Positions 29,016 to 41,556 of a stretch of DNA of 64,000 bases are shown in pieces. The stretch is taken from assembly GCA_036490655.1 (NCBI GenBank), contig DASXDM010000016.1, forward strand, positions 83,135-147,134, written 5' to 3'. Position numbers and translations under genes: made by a program. The notes under the pieces were generated by a model, which saw nothing but the letters and a program-made list of their open reading frames with translations, made no database searches and was not told the DNA's origin. The stretch comes from Verrucomicrobiia bacterium (GTDB lineage Bacteria; Verrucomicrobiota; Verrucomicrobiia; Limisphaerales; UBA11358). Position 1 is the stretch's first letter; every line of letters starts with the position of its first letter.

Positions 29016-29061
29016 TTACAAATTTGACACTTGAGCCGGGCAGGTTTAGCTTGCGTTGTAA

Positions 29062-29409
29062 ATGAGCGCAGCCACGACAAACCAACCGATGGTGAAATTG
29101 ACCGAGGGCGCGGTGGAGGAGATAAAGTCACTTGAAAAGAAGGTGGAGAACGGCGGAAAACACCTCCGTTTGTACATCGAAGAGGGTGGTTGTTCAGGCA
29201 TGCAATATGGCATGGTCTTTGATGAAAAACGCGATGGCGACCTGGTTTCTGAAGAGAATGGGGTGAATGTGCTGGTGGATCCCATCAGTGCCCAATATTT
29301 ACAGGGTTGCAGCGTGGATTTCAGTGATTCTTTGACCGCCGGCGGATTCAAGATCTCCAATCCGAATGCCAAACAAAGCTGTGGTTGCGGAAAATCCTTT
29401 GAGGCCTGA
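29062..29409 (+). CDS. HesB/IscA/ErpA-family iron-sulfur cluster insertion protein
   Basis: GGCSGMQYGMVFDE and C-terminal NPNAKQSCGCGKSF cysteine motif. 115 aa. Confidence 0.9.
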   Translation: MSAATTNQPMVKLTEGAVEEIKSLEKKVENGGKHLRLYIEEGGCSGMQYGMVFDEKRDGDLVSEENGVNVLVDPISAQYLQGCSVDFSDSLTAGGFKISNPNAKQSCGCGKSFEA

Positions 29410-29442
29410 GCGAATTTGATCAACTTGCGCAGGCCTATTAAC

Positions 29443-29477
29443 GCCGTTCCGTGAGATGCGGAACGGCTTTTTGTTTT
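29443..29477 (+). terminator. Rho-independent terminator after the Fe-S carrier gene
   Basis: Perfect 9-bp stem GCCGTTCCG (29443-29451) / CGGAACGGC (29459-29467), 7-nt loop, then TTTTTGTTTT. Confidence 0.8.
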
Positions 29478-29510
29478 ACGCGGGATGGATATTTTAGTTT
29501 CATCTTTGAA

Positions 29511-30902
29511 ATGATCGGCAATTTGCTCATGCCTGAGTTGGTCGAAATGATCCGCAAACGCGATTTCACGGGGCTTCGCGAGATTTTATGCGCTTTTCCA
29601 CCGGCAGATATCGCTGAAATCTTTGTGGATCTTAATCCCGACGACGAGGCAGTATTGTTGAGGTTGCTGCCCCGGAACCTTGCTGCGGAGGTTTTCGAGT
29701 TTCTTCCCGTTGACGATCAGGAAAAGACTTTGCACTCACTGGGAAACGAGCAGGTCGCGCAAATATTGAATGATATTTCACCGGATGACCGGACACGCCT
29801 CTTGGAGGAGCTTCCCGCCGCGGCAACCCAGAAGCTTCTCAGCCTGTTGAATCCATCGGAACGAAAGATCGCGACGGAACTGCTGGGCTATCCTGAAAAA
29901 TCTGTCGGACGGCGCATGACCCCCGAATATGTCGCCATCAAACAAAGCTGGACGGTGCTCGAGGTGCTTGAACACCTGCGGCACGAGCATGAAAAACGAG
30001 ATGCCATGGGGCAATTGTACGTCGTGGACGACAAGAACCATCTCGTTGACTTCGTTGGATTGCGGAAGCTGATCGTTTCACTTCCCGAAACCCGCGTGAC
30101 AGAATTATTGGAGCACCAGAATCTTTCATTGCGGGCCGTGGACGACCAGGAGGCGGCCGTCCTGGCATTCAAAAAATACGGCGTGACGGTATTGCCAGTC
30201 GTTGATTCACAGGACGTGCTGCTCGGGGTCATCACGGTAGATGATGTTTTGGACGTGGCGGAACGCGAGGCGACGGAAGATATCCAGAAATTGGGCGGCG
30301 TGCAGGCATTGGAGGCGCCTTACCTTAAAACAAGTATTTTTGAGATGGTCCGGAAACGTGCCCCCTGGCTGGCGGTGTTATTCATCGGGGAAATGTTTAC
30401 GTCAGTGGCGATGCAGAATTACGGGGGCGAGATACAAAAATTCGTGGTCCTGGCGTTTTTTGTGCCGTTGATTTTGTCGAGCGGAGGCAATTCCGGCTCA
30501 CAGGCGACATCGCTCATCATCCGGGCGATGGCGGTGCGTGATGTCACGCTGCATGATTGGTGGCGAGTCTTTCGCCGGGAAGTCGCAAGCGGATTTTTGC
30601 TCGGCTGCATCCTTGCCTGCGTAGGCGTAGCCCGGGTTTTTATATGGCAATTCTTTCACTTTGCCGGACCGAATGGGTATGGCGCGGAATATCCGTGGCT
30701 GGCATTGACGATCGGCGCCAGTCTGGTTTGCGTCGTTTTATGGGGCAGCCTGGCGGGTTCCATGTTGCCGATTTTGTTGAGGCTGGCACGTCTGGACCCG
30801 GCGGTCTGTTCGGCGCCAATGGTGGCGACCCTGGTGGATGTCACGGGAATCGTCATATTTTTTAATGTCGCCGCCGTCATTCTGCATGGACGCGGACTTT
30901 AA
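29511..30902 (+). CDS. mgtE: Magnesium transporter MgtE
   Basis: MgtE N-domain, two CBS-like segments, and TM region with SSGGNSGSQATSLIIRAMA. Start moved to the ATG at 29511 because the track start 29451 lies inside the upstream terminator. Confidence 0.9.
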   Translation: MIGNLLMPELVEMIRKRDFTGLREILCAFPPADIAEIFVDLNPDDEAVLLRLLPRNLAAEVFEFLPVDDQEKTLHSLGNEQVAQILNDISPDDRTRLLEELPAAATQKLLSLLNPSERKIATELLGYPEKSVGRRMTPEYVAIKQSWTVLEVLEHLRHEHEKRDAMGQLYVVDDKNHLVDFVGLRKLIVSLPETRVTELLEHQNLSLRAVDDQEAAVLAFKKYGVTVLPVVDSQDVLLGVITVDDVLDVAEREATEDIQKLGGVQALEAPYLKTSIFEMVRKRAPWLAVLFIGEMFTSVAMQNYGGEIQKFVVLAFFVPLILSSGGNSGSQATSLIIRAMAVRDVTLHDWWRVFRREVASGFLLGCILACVGVARVFIWQFFHFAGPNGYGAEYPWLALTIGASLVCVVLWGSLAGSMLPILLRLARLDPAVCSAPMVATLVDVTGIVIFFNVAAVILHGRGL

Positions 30903-31077
30903 AACCGGTGGCAAAAGGAACACTTCCAGGCCGGCAACACAAAGGCTTAACCGAATTTCCAGAGCTCAGTTGCTGCGCAGTCTTAAATTATGACTTAGGG
31001 TCCCAGGATAGGCGATAACGACGAGAAAGGGCTTCTGTTTGGTAAGGTTTGTGGAACGATTCCACGGGGCAACAACT

Positions 31078-32127
31078 CTAGGATTTGAATTTAACAGTCA
31101 CCACCGTGAGCTTTTGGGGAGTGGAAGAAAAATGGATCTCGCCGCCATGCGCCGAAACGATCCATTGGGCAATGCTCAAGCCCAGGCCGCAACCCTCTAT
31201 CGTATTATTGTGGCTGGTGTCGCCGCGAAAAAAACGCTCGAAGACGCGCGATTGCAATTCCGGGGCGATGCCCGCGCCGGTATTTTCGATTTTCAATTCC
31301 GCCCAGCCATCGGCCTGCCGCAATAAAATGTCCACCGTACCTTGGGGCTGATTATATTTGATGGCATTATCCATGAGGTTCAGAAGCAGTTGCCGGAGCC
31401 GATGTCGGTCGCCGGAAATGGAAGCTGCATCGCATGTCACGAGGTTAACCTTGATATCATGAGGTTGCGCGAGGATTTCCGCGTCAGCCACGCTTTCCCT
31501 CACCAATTCATCCAGCCGGAGGGTTTCGAAATTGAGCTGGACCTGCCCGGCGTCCGCCTTGGTCAATAGAGCCAGGCCGTCAACGATCTTGGCGAGGCGT
31601 TCCACCTCGGCAATATGGCTTAACAAACGTTCCTTTTGCACAACGGTCACATTTTCCTCGCGCAAAGCCATCTCCAGCTCACCGCGCATCACGGTCAGGG
31701 GCGTTTTGAGTTCATGCGAAGCATGCAGGGAAAATTCGCGGACGCGCTGGAAGGAATCATCCAGGCGCGCGGTCATGGCGTTAAAGACTTCCGTGAGGCG
31801 GTCCAGCTCATCGCCATTTCCGGTGCGGGGCAATTGACCGCGCAAATTGCCCTCGTGTACCTTTTCGACAGCGTTGGTCAATTTGGTCACCGGGGCCAAG
31901 GCCCGGCGGGTGATCCACCAGCCGCCAAGGAGTCCGAGCACGACCGCCGGCAGTCCCACGTCGAAGACCATCTCGCCGGTTTCATTCAAGGCGTGCTCCC
32001 ACAAATTGGGCCGGTGGCTGTAGCGCATCGACTCCGCGATCTCCCGGTAAGTCCCCGCGCCAATGATGATGAGCGACACGATGAGGATCGCGGCGTACCA
32101 AACGGTCAGTCGGGTGCGGATTTTCAT
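31078..32127 (-). CDS. Sensor histidine kinase (HAMP-HisKA-HATPase; CusS/heavy-metal-sensor-like)
   Basis: H-box HASHELKTPLTVMRGELE; N-box LLLNLMDNAIKY; G-box GLGLSIAQWIVSAHGG. 4-nt overlap with the upstream regulator gene. Confidence 0.85.
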   Translation of the reverse strand: MKIRTRLTVWYAAILIVSLIIIGAGTYREIAESMRYSHRPNLWEHALNETGEMVFDVGLPAVVLGLLGGWWITRRALAPVTKLTNAVEKVHEGNLRGQLPRTGNGDELDRLTEVFNAMTARLDDSFQRVREFSLHASHELKTPLTVMRGELEMALREENVTVVQKERLLSHIAEVERLAKIVDGLALLTKADAGQVQLNFETLRLDELVRESVADAEILAQPHDIKVNLVTCDAASISGDRHRLRQLLLNLMDNAIKYNQPQGTVDILLRQADGWAELKIENTGAGIAPELQSRVFERFFRGDTSHNNTIEGCGLGLSIAQWIVSAHGGEIHFSSTPQKLTVVTVKFKS

Positions 32128-32789
32128 TCTTTCAAGACATAGCCGACGCCGCGGACGGTATGGAGGAGCTTGGGCTCAAAACCGTCGTCGATCTTTTCGC
32201 GCAACCGCTTCACATAGACGTCCACCAGGTTGGTGCCCGGGTCAAAATCATAGTCCCAAACTTTTTCAATGATCGTCATCCGGCCGCAAATGCGCCCCGC
32301 TGAACGCATGAGGAATTCGAGGAGGCGAAATTCGCGGGCGGTCAGGTCAAAATGTTTTTCGCCCCGTTGCGCGCGGTGGGAAATGGTGTCCAGGGCGAGG
32401 TCCGCGACTCGCAAGGTGGTGGATGGATTTTCCTGGCCGCGCCGGTTCAAAGCGCGCAATCGCGCCACCAGTTCAGCGATGACAAACGGTTTGGGCAGAT
32501 AGTCGTCCGCGCCGGCATTCAAGCCTTCCACACGCTCATTGACCGCGCCGCGCGCCGAGAGCAGCAGGACCGGCGTGCGATTTTGCCGCTCGCGCAATTG
32601 CCGGAGCACACTCAAGCCGTCCCGCCCCGGCAGCATGATATCGAGCACAATGCCGTCATAGGGAGCGCCGGCGGCGGCCAGCGCTTCGTCACCGCGAAGG
32701 CAAACATCGACCGAAAAGCCTTCCGCTTGAAGACCCTTGCGGATCAACGAGGCGGTCTTCTTTTCATCTTCGATGACGAGCACGCGCAT
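32124..32789 (-). CDS. OmpR-family response regulator (CusR-like)
   Basis: MRVLVIEDEKK...VLDIMLPGRDGLSVLRQLR receiver, plus winged helix LTAREFRLLEFLMR...VDVYVKRLREKID. ATG at 32789 chosen. Confidence 0.85.
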   Translation of the reverse strand: MRVLVIEDEKKTASLIRKGLQAEGFSVDVCLRGDEALAAAGAPYDGIVLDIMLPGRDGLSVLRQLRERQNRTPVLLLSARGAVNERVEGLNAGADDYLPKPFVIAELVARLRALNRRGQENPSTTLRVADLALDTISHRAQRGEKHFDLTAREFRLLEFLMRSAGRICGRMTIIEKVWDYDFDPGTNLVDVYVKRLREKIDDGFEPKLLHTVRGVGYVLKE

Positions 32790-33058
32790 GGAAAAATTAG
32801 AACCGCTGGCGCCCGGTTCGTCGAGCGATTTCAAGGGTTGCTACATCCAATCATGAAACAGGGCCATGCCCGGGACAAAATGAATTCTTTGTCATAATTC
32901 AGAATTTCCTTTCAGCAGAAGGGTTTGATAAGTAATAACCTCTTTTAAAACCATCATGAAAAACAGTGGGCTCCCATTGGTCCCCGGAAATTTCCGCGCG
33001 ATGACCGCGCCGGCACAAAGCCGTCGAATCGCTTAAAGGATCGGCTTTCATCTCATCC

Positions 33059-34459
33059 ATGCGCCGTCAATCGATCATCGTTTTAAGTCTCATGGCCGGC
33101 GCCTTGGTTTCGTTATGTGGCTGCGCGCATTTTCAACCGCAGCCGATTTCGCCGGAAAAGACCGCCGCTGATTTCGATTCACGTTCGCTGACGAATGAAA
33201 ATCTCCAGGCGTTTTTAAGCACCAACCATTTCAGCGGCGCCTGGGACCTGCGCTCACTGACCCTGGTCGCCTTTTATTATCAACCGGCATTGGCGGAGGC
33301 ACAGTCGCAATGGACATTAGCGCGCGCGGCAGAAATCACCGCCGGGGAGCGTCCAAACCCGACAGTTTCCGTGACGCCCGGCTATGATACGCAAATCCCG
33401 AACAATCCCAGCCCATGGATGATCCCGGTGAGTTTTGATATCCCGATTGAGACAGCGGGCAAACGCGGCAAACGCATCGAGGAAGCGAAACATTCATCCG
33501 AAGCCGCTTATTGGGATTATATCGGCCAAATCTGGCAGGCGCGCAGTCACGTCCGCGCGGCGCTCCTGAGTTTTTATGCGGCGCAGGAGGATGAAAAATT
33601 GATCTCCGGGCAGGAGACGGCGCAAAACAATGTCGTGCGTCTGCTGGAAGGCCAGCTTCAGGCAGGCAGCATTTCCAGCTATGAAGTCACGCAGGCGCGC
33701 GTGACCCTGGAGACAACACAATTAGCGCGACAGGATGCTATCGGACAACTCAACCAGGCGCGCGCGCAACTGGCCGGCGTCCTCGGCGTGCCCTTGGGCG
33801 CGCTGGCAGGCGTGGAATTTTCCTTTAATGATTTTAAGAATTTTCCGCGGGACCTGACCGCCCCGGAAATCCGCCGACAGGCCTTGCTCAATCGTGCGGA
33901 TGTCCGCGGCGCGCTGGCGGAATACGCGGCCAGCCAATCGGCGCTTCAGATCGAGATCGCCAATCAATATCCCGATGTGCACCTGGGTCCCGGCTATGCC
34001 TGGAACAACGGCAACGCCGGTGACAATGAATGGCAACTCGGTTTGACCGTGACCTTGCCGTTACTGAACCAAAACCAGGGCGGCATCGCCGGGGCAAAGG
34101 CGAAACGCGCTGAAGCCGCAGCTCATTTTCTGACCATCCAGGCGGGAGCGATCTCAGAAATCGATTCCGCCGTGGCCGGTTATGACGCGGCGTTGCAGAA
34201 ATCCGCGACGGCAGAAAAATTATCGACCGACCTGCAGAGGCAGATGGATTCCACACGCGCGCAGGCCCGGGCGGGTGAGATCGATGCCCTGGCATTGGCC
34301 AATGCCGAAACGGAATTTGCGGCCGGCGGGCAGAGCCGCATGGATGCATTGGTGCAGGCGCAACAGGCGCTCGGCCAATTGGAAGATGCCGCACAAAGTC
34401 CGCTGACGTTGCCGCCGGAAACATTGGGCGCCGCGATAAACCAGAAAACTCAAAGATGA
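33059..34459 (+). CDS. RND efflux outer-membrane lipoprotein (TolC/NodT family)
   Basis: Lipobox LVSLCGC. Two repeated OEP-type helical halves. First gene of a 4-nt-overlapping three-gene operon. Confidence 0.85.
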   Translation: MRRQSIIVLSLMAGALVSLCGCAHFQPQPISPEKTAADFDSRSLTNENLQAFLSTNHFSGAWDLRSLTLVAFYYQPALAEAQSQWTLARAAEITAGERPNPTVSVTPGYDTQIPNNPSPWMIPVSFDIPIETAGKRGKRIEEAKHSSEAAYWDYIGQIWQARSHVRAALLSFYAAQEDEKLISGQETAQNNVVRLLEGQLQAGSISSYEVTQARVTLETTQLARQDAIGQLNQARAQLAGVLGVPLGALAGVEFSFNDFKNFPRDLTAPEIRRQALLNRADVRGALAEYAASQSALQIEIANQYPDVHLGPGYAWNNGNAGDNEWQLGLTVTLPLLNQNQGGIAGAKAKRAEAAAHFLTIQAGAISEIDSAVAGYDAALQKSATAEKLSTDLQRQMDSTRAQARAGEIDALALANAETEFAAGGQSRMDALVQAQQALGQLEDAAQSPLTLPPETLGAAINQKTQR

Positions 34460-35517
34460 AACCGAAATCCATATTCATTGGCGGCGTGATCATCGCCTGC
34501 CTGGCTCTGGGCATTTTTGCCTTCGTCAAATTGCTCGGCGGAAGTGCGCCGGCTGCGGATGATCAATCGGGCGATGATAATGTCCAGACCATCATCCCGG
34601 TCCAGGTCGGCCAGCTCAAACGCGTGACGCTCCATCGGTATGTCACGGGCTATGGCACCGTTGAACCCGCACCGGCCACGGAAAATTCGTCGTCGGGGGG
34701 CGGGCCACTGGCCACGCCGGGCGCTGGCATCATTGCGAAGATCAATGTTGTCGCCGGCCAACCGGTCAAGAGAGGGGATGTGCTCGTGGAATTGAATTCC
34801 GCAGGGGCGACGTTTGATTATGCCCAGGCTGAAGTGGAGCGGCAGAAGCAATTAATGGCGCAGCAGAACACGTCGTTGAAAAATGTCGAAGATGCCGCGG
34901 CGCAACTCGCTTCGTTGGAAGTGATCGCGCCGGTGGACGGCACGGTCACGCGGCTCGACGTCACGCCGGGCCAGGCGGTGGACGTAAATACTGTCGTGGC
35001 GGAAGTGGTTGATTTGACCCGGCTGGCGGTGAAGCTGAAAATCCCGGCTTCCCAGGCCGTCGATCTGAAAACGGGCGAAGATGTCCAGGTCGGCGAGGAT
35101 CCTCAATCCACGCTCGCCAGCCTTTCATTTGTCAGCCCGGCGGTCGACGCGGGCGATGGAACCGTTTCCGCGTGGGCGGCCCTGCCCGCGGACAGCGGAT
35201 GGCGACCCGGACAATTTGCACCGGTGAAGATCATCACTCTCGTTGAGACCAATGCCCTGGCCGCGCCCGCCGAGAGCGTCGTAACGGATAATGACGGCCA
35301 TAGTGTCATCTCAAGCGTGTCTAAGGACATAGCGACTCAATGGCCAGTAACGACCGGTTTGCGCGAGGGTGACTGGGTCGAAGTTGCTGGAACCAACTTG
35401 GAAGAGGATGCTTCTGTCGTGACCGTGGGCGCATATGGTTTGCCGGCCCAGACAAAAATCTCGATCGTCAGACCGGCGGACGATACCTCCGCCACCAATT
35501 CGCCCGCCGCGCAATGA
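34456..35517 (+). CDS. Efflux RND periplasmic adaptor (membrane fusion protein)
   Basis: N-terminal TM, lipoyl/barrel motifs (VKRGDVLVELN...VIAPVDGTVTRLDV). ATGA overlaps on both sides. Confidence 0.85.
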   Translation: MKPKSIFIGGVIIACLALGIFAFVKLLGGSAPAADDQSGDDNVQTIIPVQVGQLKRVTLHRYVTGYGTVEPAPATENSSSGGGPLATPGAGIIAKINVVAGQPVKRGDVLVELNSAGATFDYAQAEVERQKQLMAQQNTSLKNVEDAAAQLASLEVIAPVDGTVTRLDVTPGQAVDVNTVVAEVVDLTRLAVKLKIPASQAVDLKTGEDVQVGEDPQSTLASLSFVSPAVDAGDGTVSAWAALPADSGWRPGQFAPVKIITLVETNALAAPAESVVTDNDGHSVISSVSKDIATQWPVTTGLREGDWVEVAGTNLEEDASVVTVGAYGLPAQTKISIVRPADDTSATNSPAAQ

Positions 35518-38500
35518 GCCCCGACACTTCCTCAAAGCTCGGGCCTTTTGCGACGCGACACGCGCTGTCCATCACCTTCATCGCGCTCGCGCTTTGTTTG
35601 GCGGGCATCTTTTGCGCGCGGCAAACGCCGTCATCAGTCTTCCCTAAAACGGATTTCCCGCGTGTCGTCGTCATGGTCAACAACGGCATCATGCCTGCCA
35701 ACGAAATGATGGCCACCATCACCCGGCCCATCGAAGAATCGATGAAGAGCATCCCCGGCGTGGTCTCGGTGACTTCCTCCACTACGCGCGGCTCCGCCGT
35801 CATCAACGTGATGTTCAACTGGGGCGCGGACATGAAGCAGTCGGAGCTTTTTGTCTTGAGCCAACTTTCAGAGATCCGTAATGACCTTCCGGCCACAGCG
35901 TCCACCGACGTCTCGCAGGTGGCGTTTTCGTTGAGCTATCCCATCATCGGCATCAGCCTCACCAGTTCCACCCGCAGCCAGATGGACCTGTGGGAAACGG
36001 CGAATTACACGATCAAACCGCTCTTCCTGCAAATCCCCGGCATCGCCAACGTGGATATCCTCGGCGGCAGCGAACCGGAATATCACGTCACTGTGGACCC
36101 GCTGAAATTGCAGGCGGCGCACCTGGGCTTGCAGGACGTAAGCGACGCGCTCACTCAAAACAACCTCGTAGCCGCCGCGGGCATGATGGTGGAAAACTAT
36201 CATCTCTACCTGACGATGGTCGATGGACGCGTCCATTCGGCAGAAGACATCGGGAACGTGGTGATCGCCGTCCACGACGGTAATCCCGTCCGCATCCAGG
36301 ACGTGGCGACGGTGCAGCGCGGACCGGCGCCGGCTTACACGAGCATCACGGCGCAAGGCCGGCAGGCAGTCCTGTTCAATATCGAAACACAGCCCGATGC
36401 CAGCATACTCCAGATCGCCGCGACCTTAAAAGCCGACCTCGCCCGGTTGCACCAGCAACTGCCGCCGGATATGCGCATGGGATTTTTCTACGATCAATCC
36501 CAGTTCGTGCGCGATTCCGTCAGCAGCGTGTGGAGCGCCATCATCTTCGGCCTCATCCTGTCGGTGTTCATCCTGTATTTCTTCCTGAAGAATTGGGGCA
36601 GCGTCTGGACGGCCATCGTCACCATCCCCATCTCTGTGTTGATCACCATCGTGGTGATGAAATTGACGAACATGAGCTTTAACATGATGACGCTGGGCGG
36701 CATCGCGGCCTCCATCGGGTTGATCATCGACAATGCCATCGTCGTGGTGGAGGCGATGTGCCACCGGCTCGCCGCGGGTGGACCGCGGTTGAAGAGCATC
36801 CATGAAGCGATGAGCGAAATCCTGACCGCCCTGATCGGCTCGACGCTAACGCCCGTCGTGGTGTTCCTGCCATTGGCCTATTTGAGTGGAATGCCCGGAG
36901 TGTTTTTCCGCGCACTAGGGCTGACCATGGTCGTGGCGCTTTTGGTCTCGCTGGCTTTGGCGATGACGTTGACGCCGTCGCTTGCGGCGTGGCTGATCCG
37001 TGGCCGGCATAAATCAGTTTCGGCCGGCGAAGAAGCCGGTTTTGTGCTGAGGCCCATGTTGCGGATTTACGAGGCCGCCATCCGTTGGGCTTTGCGCCAT
37101 GCGTGGCTGACTTTGCTGGCCTGCGGTGTGGTGCTCGTCGCCAGCATATTCATTTTCCGGCAATTGGAGACAGGCTTTCTGCCGGATTTTGACGAAGGCG
37201 GATTTGTGATGGATTACCAGGCGCCGTCGGGCACGAGTCTGGCTGAAACTTCGCGGATTTTGGATGCGACCGAACAGAGCATCCGCACCAATGCTGATGT
37301 GGAAGGATATTCGCGCCGGCTGGGCACGCAACTTGGCCCGTTCATCACCGAACCGTACGTCGGCGATTACCTCATCAAACTTAAGGCGAACCGAAAACAT
37401 TCCACCGAAGAAGTCCTCGATGGGATGCGCCAGGATTACAACCGGCGTTTCCCGATGATGAATTGGGATTTTCACGGCTATCTCGACGACCTGATCGGCG
37501 ACCTGCAGATGGCTCCCGACCCGATCCAGATCAAATTATTCTCGCCGGATATGGATTGGCTGCAAAGCGTCGCGCCACGTGTTGAGGATCAGATCCAAAA
37601 AATTCCCGGCGTGGTGGACACCTTTAACGGCCTGACCGAAACCGGTCCCTCTATCAACCTGCGAGTGCGTCCAGCCGACGCTGAACGCTTCGGCCTCACC
37701 GCGCAAAATATCGCCGACGCCGTCAACGCGGCGCTGCTCGGCCAGGTTTCATCGTATGTGCTCCAGGGCGACCGCCTCGTAAACATTCGCGTGATGGCGG
37801 AACCGAAGAGCGTGGACACCATCTCCAAGTTGAGCAATCTACCCATCCGCACTGCCAATGGCGTCGTGGTGCGAGTGGAACAAGTGGCTGACGTGAATGT
37901 GACGCCCAACGAGGTGGAATTGAACCGGGAAGATCTGCGCCAGAATGACGTCGTGACCGCGCGGCTGGAAGGCGTGGACCTCGGCACCGCCATGCGGGAG
38001 GTGCAGGCAGCGTTGAGCAAAGACACCTGGCTGCCGCCCGGCACCGTGGAATACGGCGGGCTGTATCAACTGCAACAGGAATCTTTTCGCAATCTGCTGG
38101 CGGTGTTGCTCGCCGCCATTCTGCTGGTCTTCACGGTGTTGCTGGTCGAATTCAGGTCCTTTTATGAGCCGATCGCGATCATCTTCGGTTCCGTGCTGGC
38201 GTTGTTCGGCGCCTTGGCCGCGCTGTGGCTCACCCATGTTTCGCTCAACATCGTCTCTTTGCTCGGCATGATCATCGGTGTTGGCATCGTCGCCAAGAAC
38301 GGCATTCTCGTGCTGGATTATTTCCAACAACTCCAGGCGCAGGGCGTGGACCTCGTCGAGGCGCTGGTTCGCGCCGGCCATCGCCGGTTGCGTCCGGTGC
38401 TGATGACTTCGCTGGCCGCCGCGCTGGGCATGTTACCCCTGGCCTGGGGCGTCGGCGCGGGCGCCCAAATGCTTCAACCACTGGGCATCGCCGTCATCGG

Positions 38501-38624
38501 CGCGCTGTTCATCTCCGTCCTCCTCTCGCTCATCGCCACGCCGGTGCTTTATTACGTGATGCGGTCTTTTAAGGCAGAAAGATCAGGGGCTGATATAGAA
38601 AAAGTTCTCACCCCTCACCCTTGA
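35514..38624 (+). CDS. Efflux RND transporter permease (1,036 aa; subfamily CusA/CzcA versus HAE not resolved)
   Basis: 12-TM AcrB/CzcA-type layout. Motifs GGIAASIGLIIDNAIVVVE and LGMIIGVGIVAKNGILVLD. Confidence 0.9.
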   Translation: MSPDTSSKLGPFATRHALSITFIALALCLAGIFCARQTPSSVFPKTDFPRVVVMVNNGIMPANEMMATITRPIEESMKSIPGVVSVTSSTTRGSAVINVMFNWGADMKQSELFVLSQLSEIRNDLPATASTDVSQVAFSLSYPIIGISLTSSTRSQMDLWETANYTIKPLFLQIPGIANVDILGGSEPEYHVTVDPLKLQAAHLGLQDVSDALTQNNLVAAAGMMVENYHLYLTMVDGRVHSAEDIGNVVIAVHDGNPVRIQDVATVQRGPAPAYTSITAQGRQAVLFNIETQPDASILQIAATLKADLARLHQQLPPDMRMGFFYDQSQFVRDSVSSVWSAIIFGLILSVFILYFFLKNWGSVWTAIVTIPISVLITIVVMKLTNMSFNMMTLGGIAASIGLIIDNAIVVVEAMCHRLAAGGPRLKSIHEAMSEILTALIGSTLTPVVVFLPLAYLSGMPGVFFRALGLTMVVALLVSLALAMTLTPSLAAWLIRGRHKSVSAGEEAGFVLRPMLRIYEAAIRWALRHAWLTLLACGVVLVASIFIFRQLETGFLPDFDEGGFVMDYQAPSGTSLAETSRILDATEQSIRTNADVEGYSRRLGTQLGPFITEPYVGDYLIKLKANRKHSTEEVLDGMRQDYNRRFPMMNWDFHGYLDDLIGDLQMAPDPIQIKLFSPDMDWLQSVAPRVEDQIQKIPGVVDTFNGLTETGPSINLRVRPADAERFGLTAQNIADAVNAALLGQVSSYVLQGDRLVNIRVMAEPKSVDTISKLSNLPIRTANGVVVRVEQVADVNVTPNEVELNREDLRQNDVVTARLEGVDLGTAMREVQAALSKDTWLPPGTVEYGGLYQLQQESFRNLLAVLLAAILLVFTVLLVEFRSFYEPIAIIFGSVLALFGALAALWLTHVSLNIVSLLGMIIGVGIVAKNGILVLDYFQQLQAQGVDLVEALVRAGHRRLRPVLMTSLAAALGMLPLAWGVGAGAQMLQPLGIAVIGALFISVLLSLIATPVLYYVMRSFKAERSGADIEKVLTPHP

Positions 38625-38669
38625 TCCCTCTCTCCTCGGAGGGGAGAGGGAAATTTAAATTGGAAACGT

Positions 38670-38735
38670 TTACCCAGGGTGGCGGACGCTATCGCGTCCT
38701 TACCCTGGGCTACTATCGTTCGCCCTTTCAGGGCT
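38670..38735. repeat. REP-like nested hairpin element
   Basis: CCCAGGGT(38673-80)/ACCCTGGG(38702-09) enclosing GGACGC/GCGTCC, then GCCC-TTTCA-GGGC. Translates as ...TQGGGRYRVLTLGYYRSPFQG, a pattern I recall from interspersed repeats in PVC/Acidobacteria genomes. Confidence 0.5.
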
Positions 38736-38811
38736 TTAATCAGTTGTCACTCAGATGAAGATGCCCAAGTGCCGCCTTGACGCTGCGCGCAATCCGGCCT
38801 AGTGTTTCCAG

Positions 38812-40906
<2,095 letters not shown>

Positions 40907-40956
40907 ACGGTAATTAATCCTTCGACTTGTAACCCGAAGACCCGCATTGGTGAAGC

Positions 40957-41150
40957 GGCAGCACCGCTGCGCCTCACAGAGGCGCGGTCCGCTGTATTCC
41001 CGGAGCGCGGCTCTGTGAGCCGCAGCAACGTCCTGGCTTTTCAAGACCTCACAGGTTTGCTCCAAATGCCTTCGCTTGCCAAAGCTGCTGCGGGTTGCAG
41101 ACCGCCTCCGTTCATTTCAACTGTTGCGGGTCATAGACCCGCGCTCCGTT
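40957..41150 (+). repeat. ~195-nt hairpin-rich REP-like repeat, copy A
   Basis: Near-identical to 41320-41514. Contains CACAGAGGCGCG...CGCGGCTCTGTG and GCGGGTC-ATA-GACCCGC hairpins. Confidence 0.85.
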
Positions 41151-41319
41151 CCTCTCGACAGGCTTCAAATAAAAGTCCATTGACGCCGTCGAACTTTTTC
41201 TGGCTTGATGATGGAGTATGAAACCGATCAGCGGATATTGTTTGATCAAACCAGAAGACCTGCATTGGCGGCCATCCAACCTGATGCGCATCCCCAACGC
41301 GGATTACCTGGAACGCACC

Positions 41320-41514
41320 GGCAGCACCGCTGCGCTTCACAGAGGCGCGGTCCGCCGTATTCCCGGAGCGCGGCTCTGTGAGCCGCAGCAACGTCCTGGC
41401 TTTTCAAGACCTCACAGGTTTGCTCCAAATGCCTTCGCTTGCCAAAGCTGCTGCGGGTTGCAGACCGCCCTCCGTTCATTTCAACTGCTGCGGGTCATAG
41501 ACCCGCGCTCCGTT
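41320..41514 (+). repeat. ~195-nt REP-like repeat, copy B (immediately upstream of the RAYT gene)
   Basis: Direct repeat of copy A, seen by eye alignment with a handful of substitutions. Confidence 0.85.
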
Positions 41515-41556
41515 GGCTTCGTTTCCCCGGCCTTGGGTCGAACACCAGCGTTCCAA

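Noticed and set aside
29410-29510. Mg2+ (M-box) riboswitch upstream of mgtE
   Set aside because: The gap is only ~100 nt and is largely occupied by the upstream gene's terminator. No M-box-like conserved helices were seen.
38626-38651. CCCTCTC...GAGAGGG hairpin right after the RND permease stop, as a terminator
   Set aside because: The stem is imperfect and is followed by AAATTTAAATT rather than a U-tract. The neighbouring REP-like hairpin is an equally plausible 3' structure, so no terminator call was made.
41218-41556. N-terminal 113 codons of the track's RAYT ORF
   Set aside because: This segment is the translation of repeat copy B (the same peptide-like string arises from copy A in non-coding context). 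The conserved RAYT sequence starts after the ATG at 41557.
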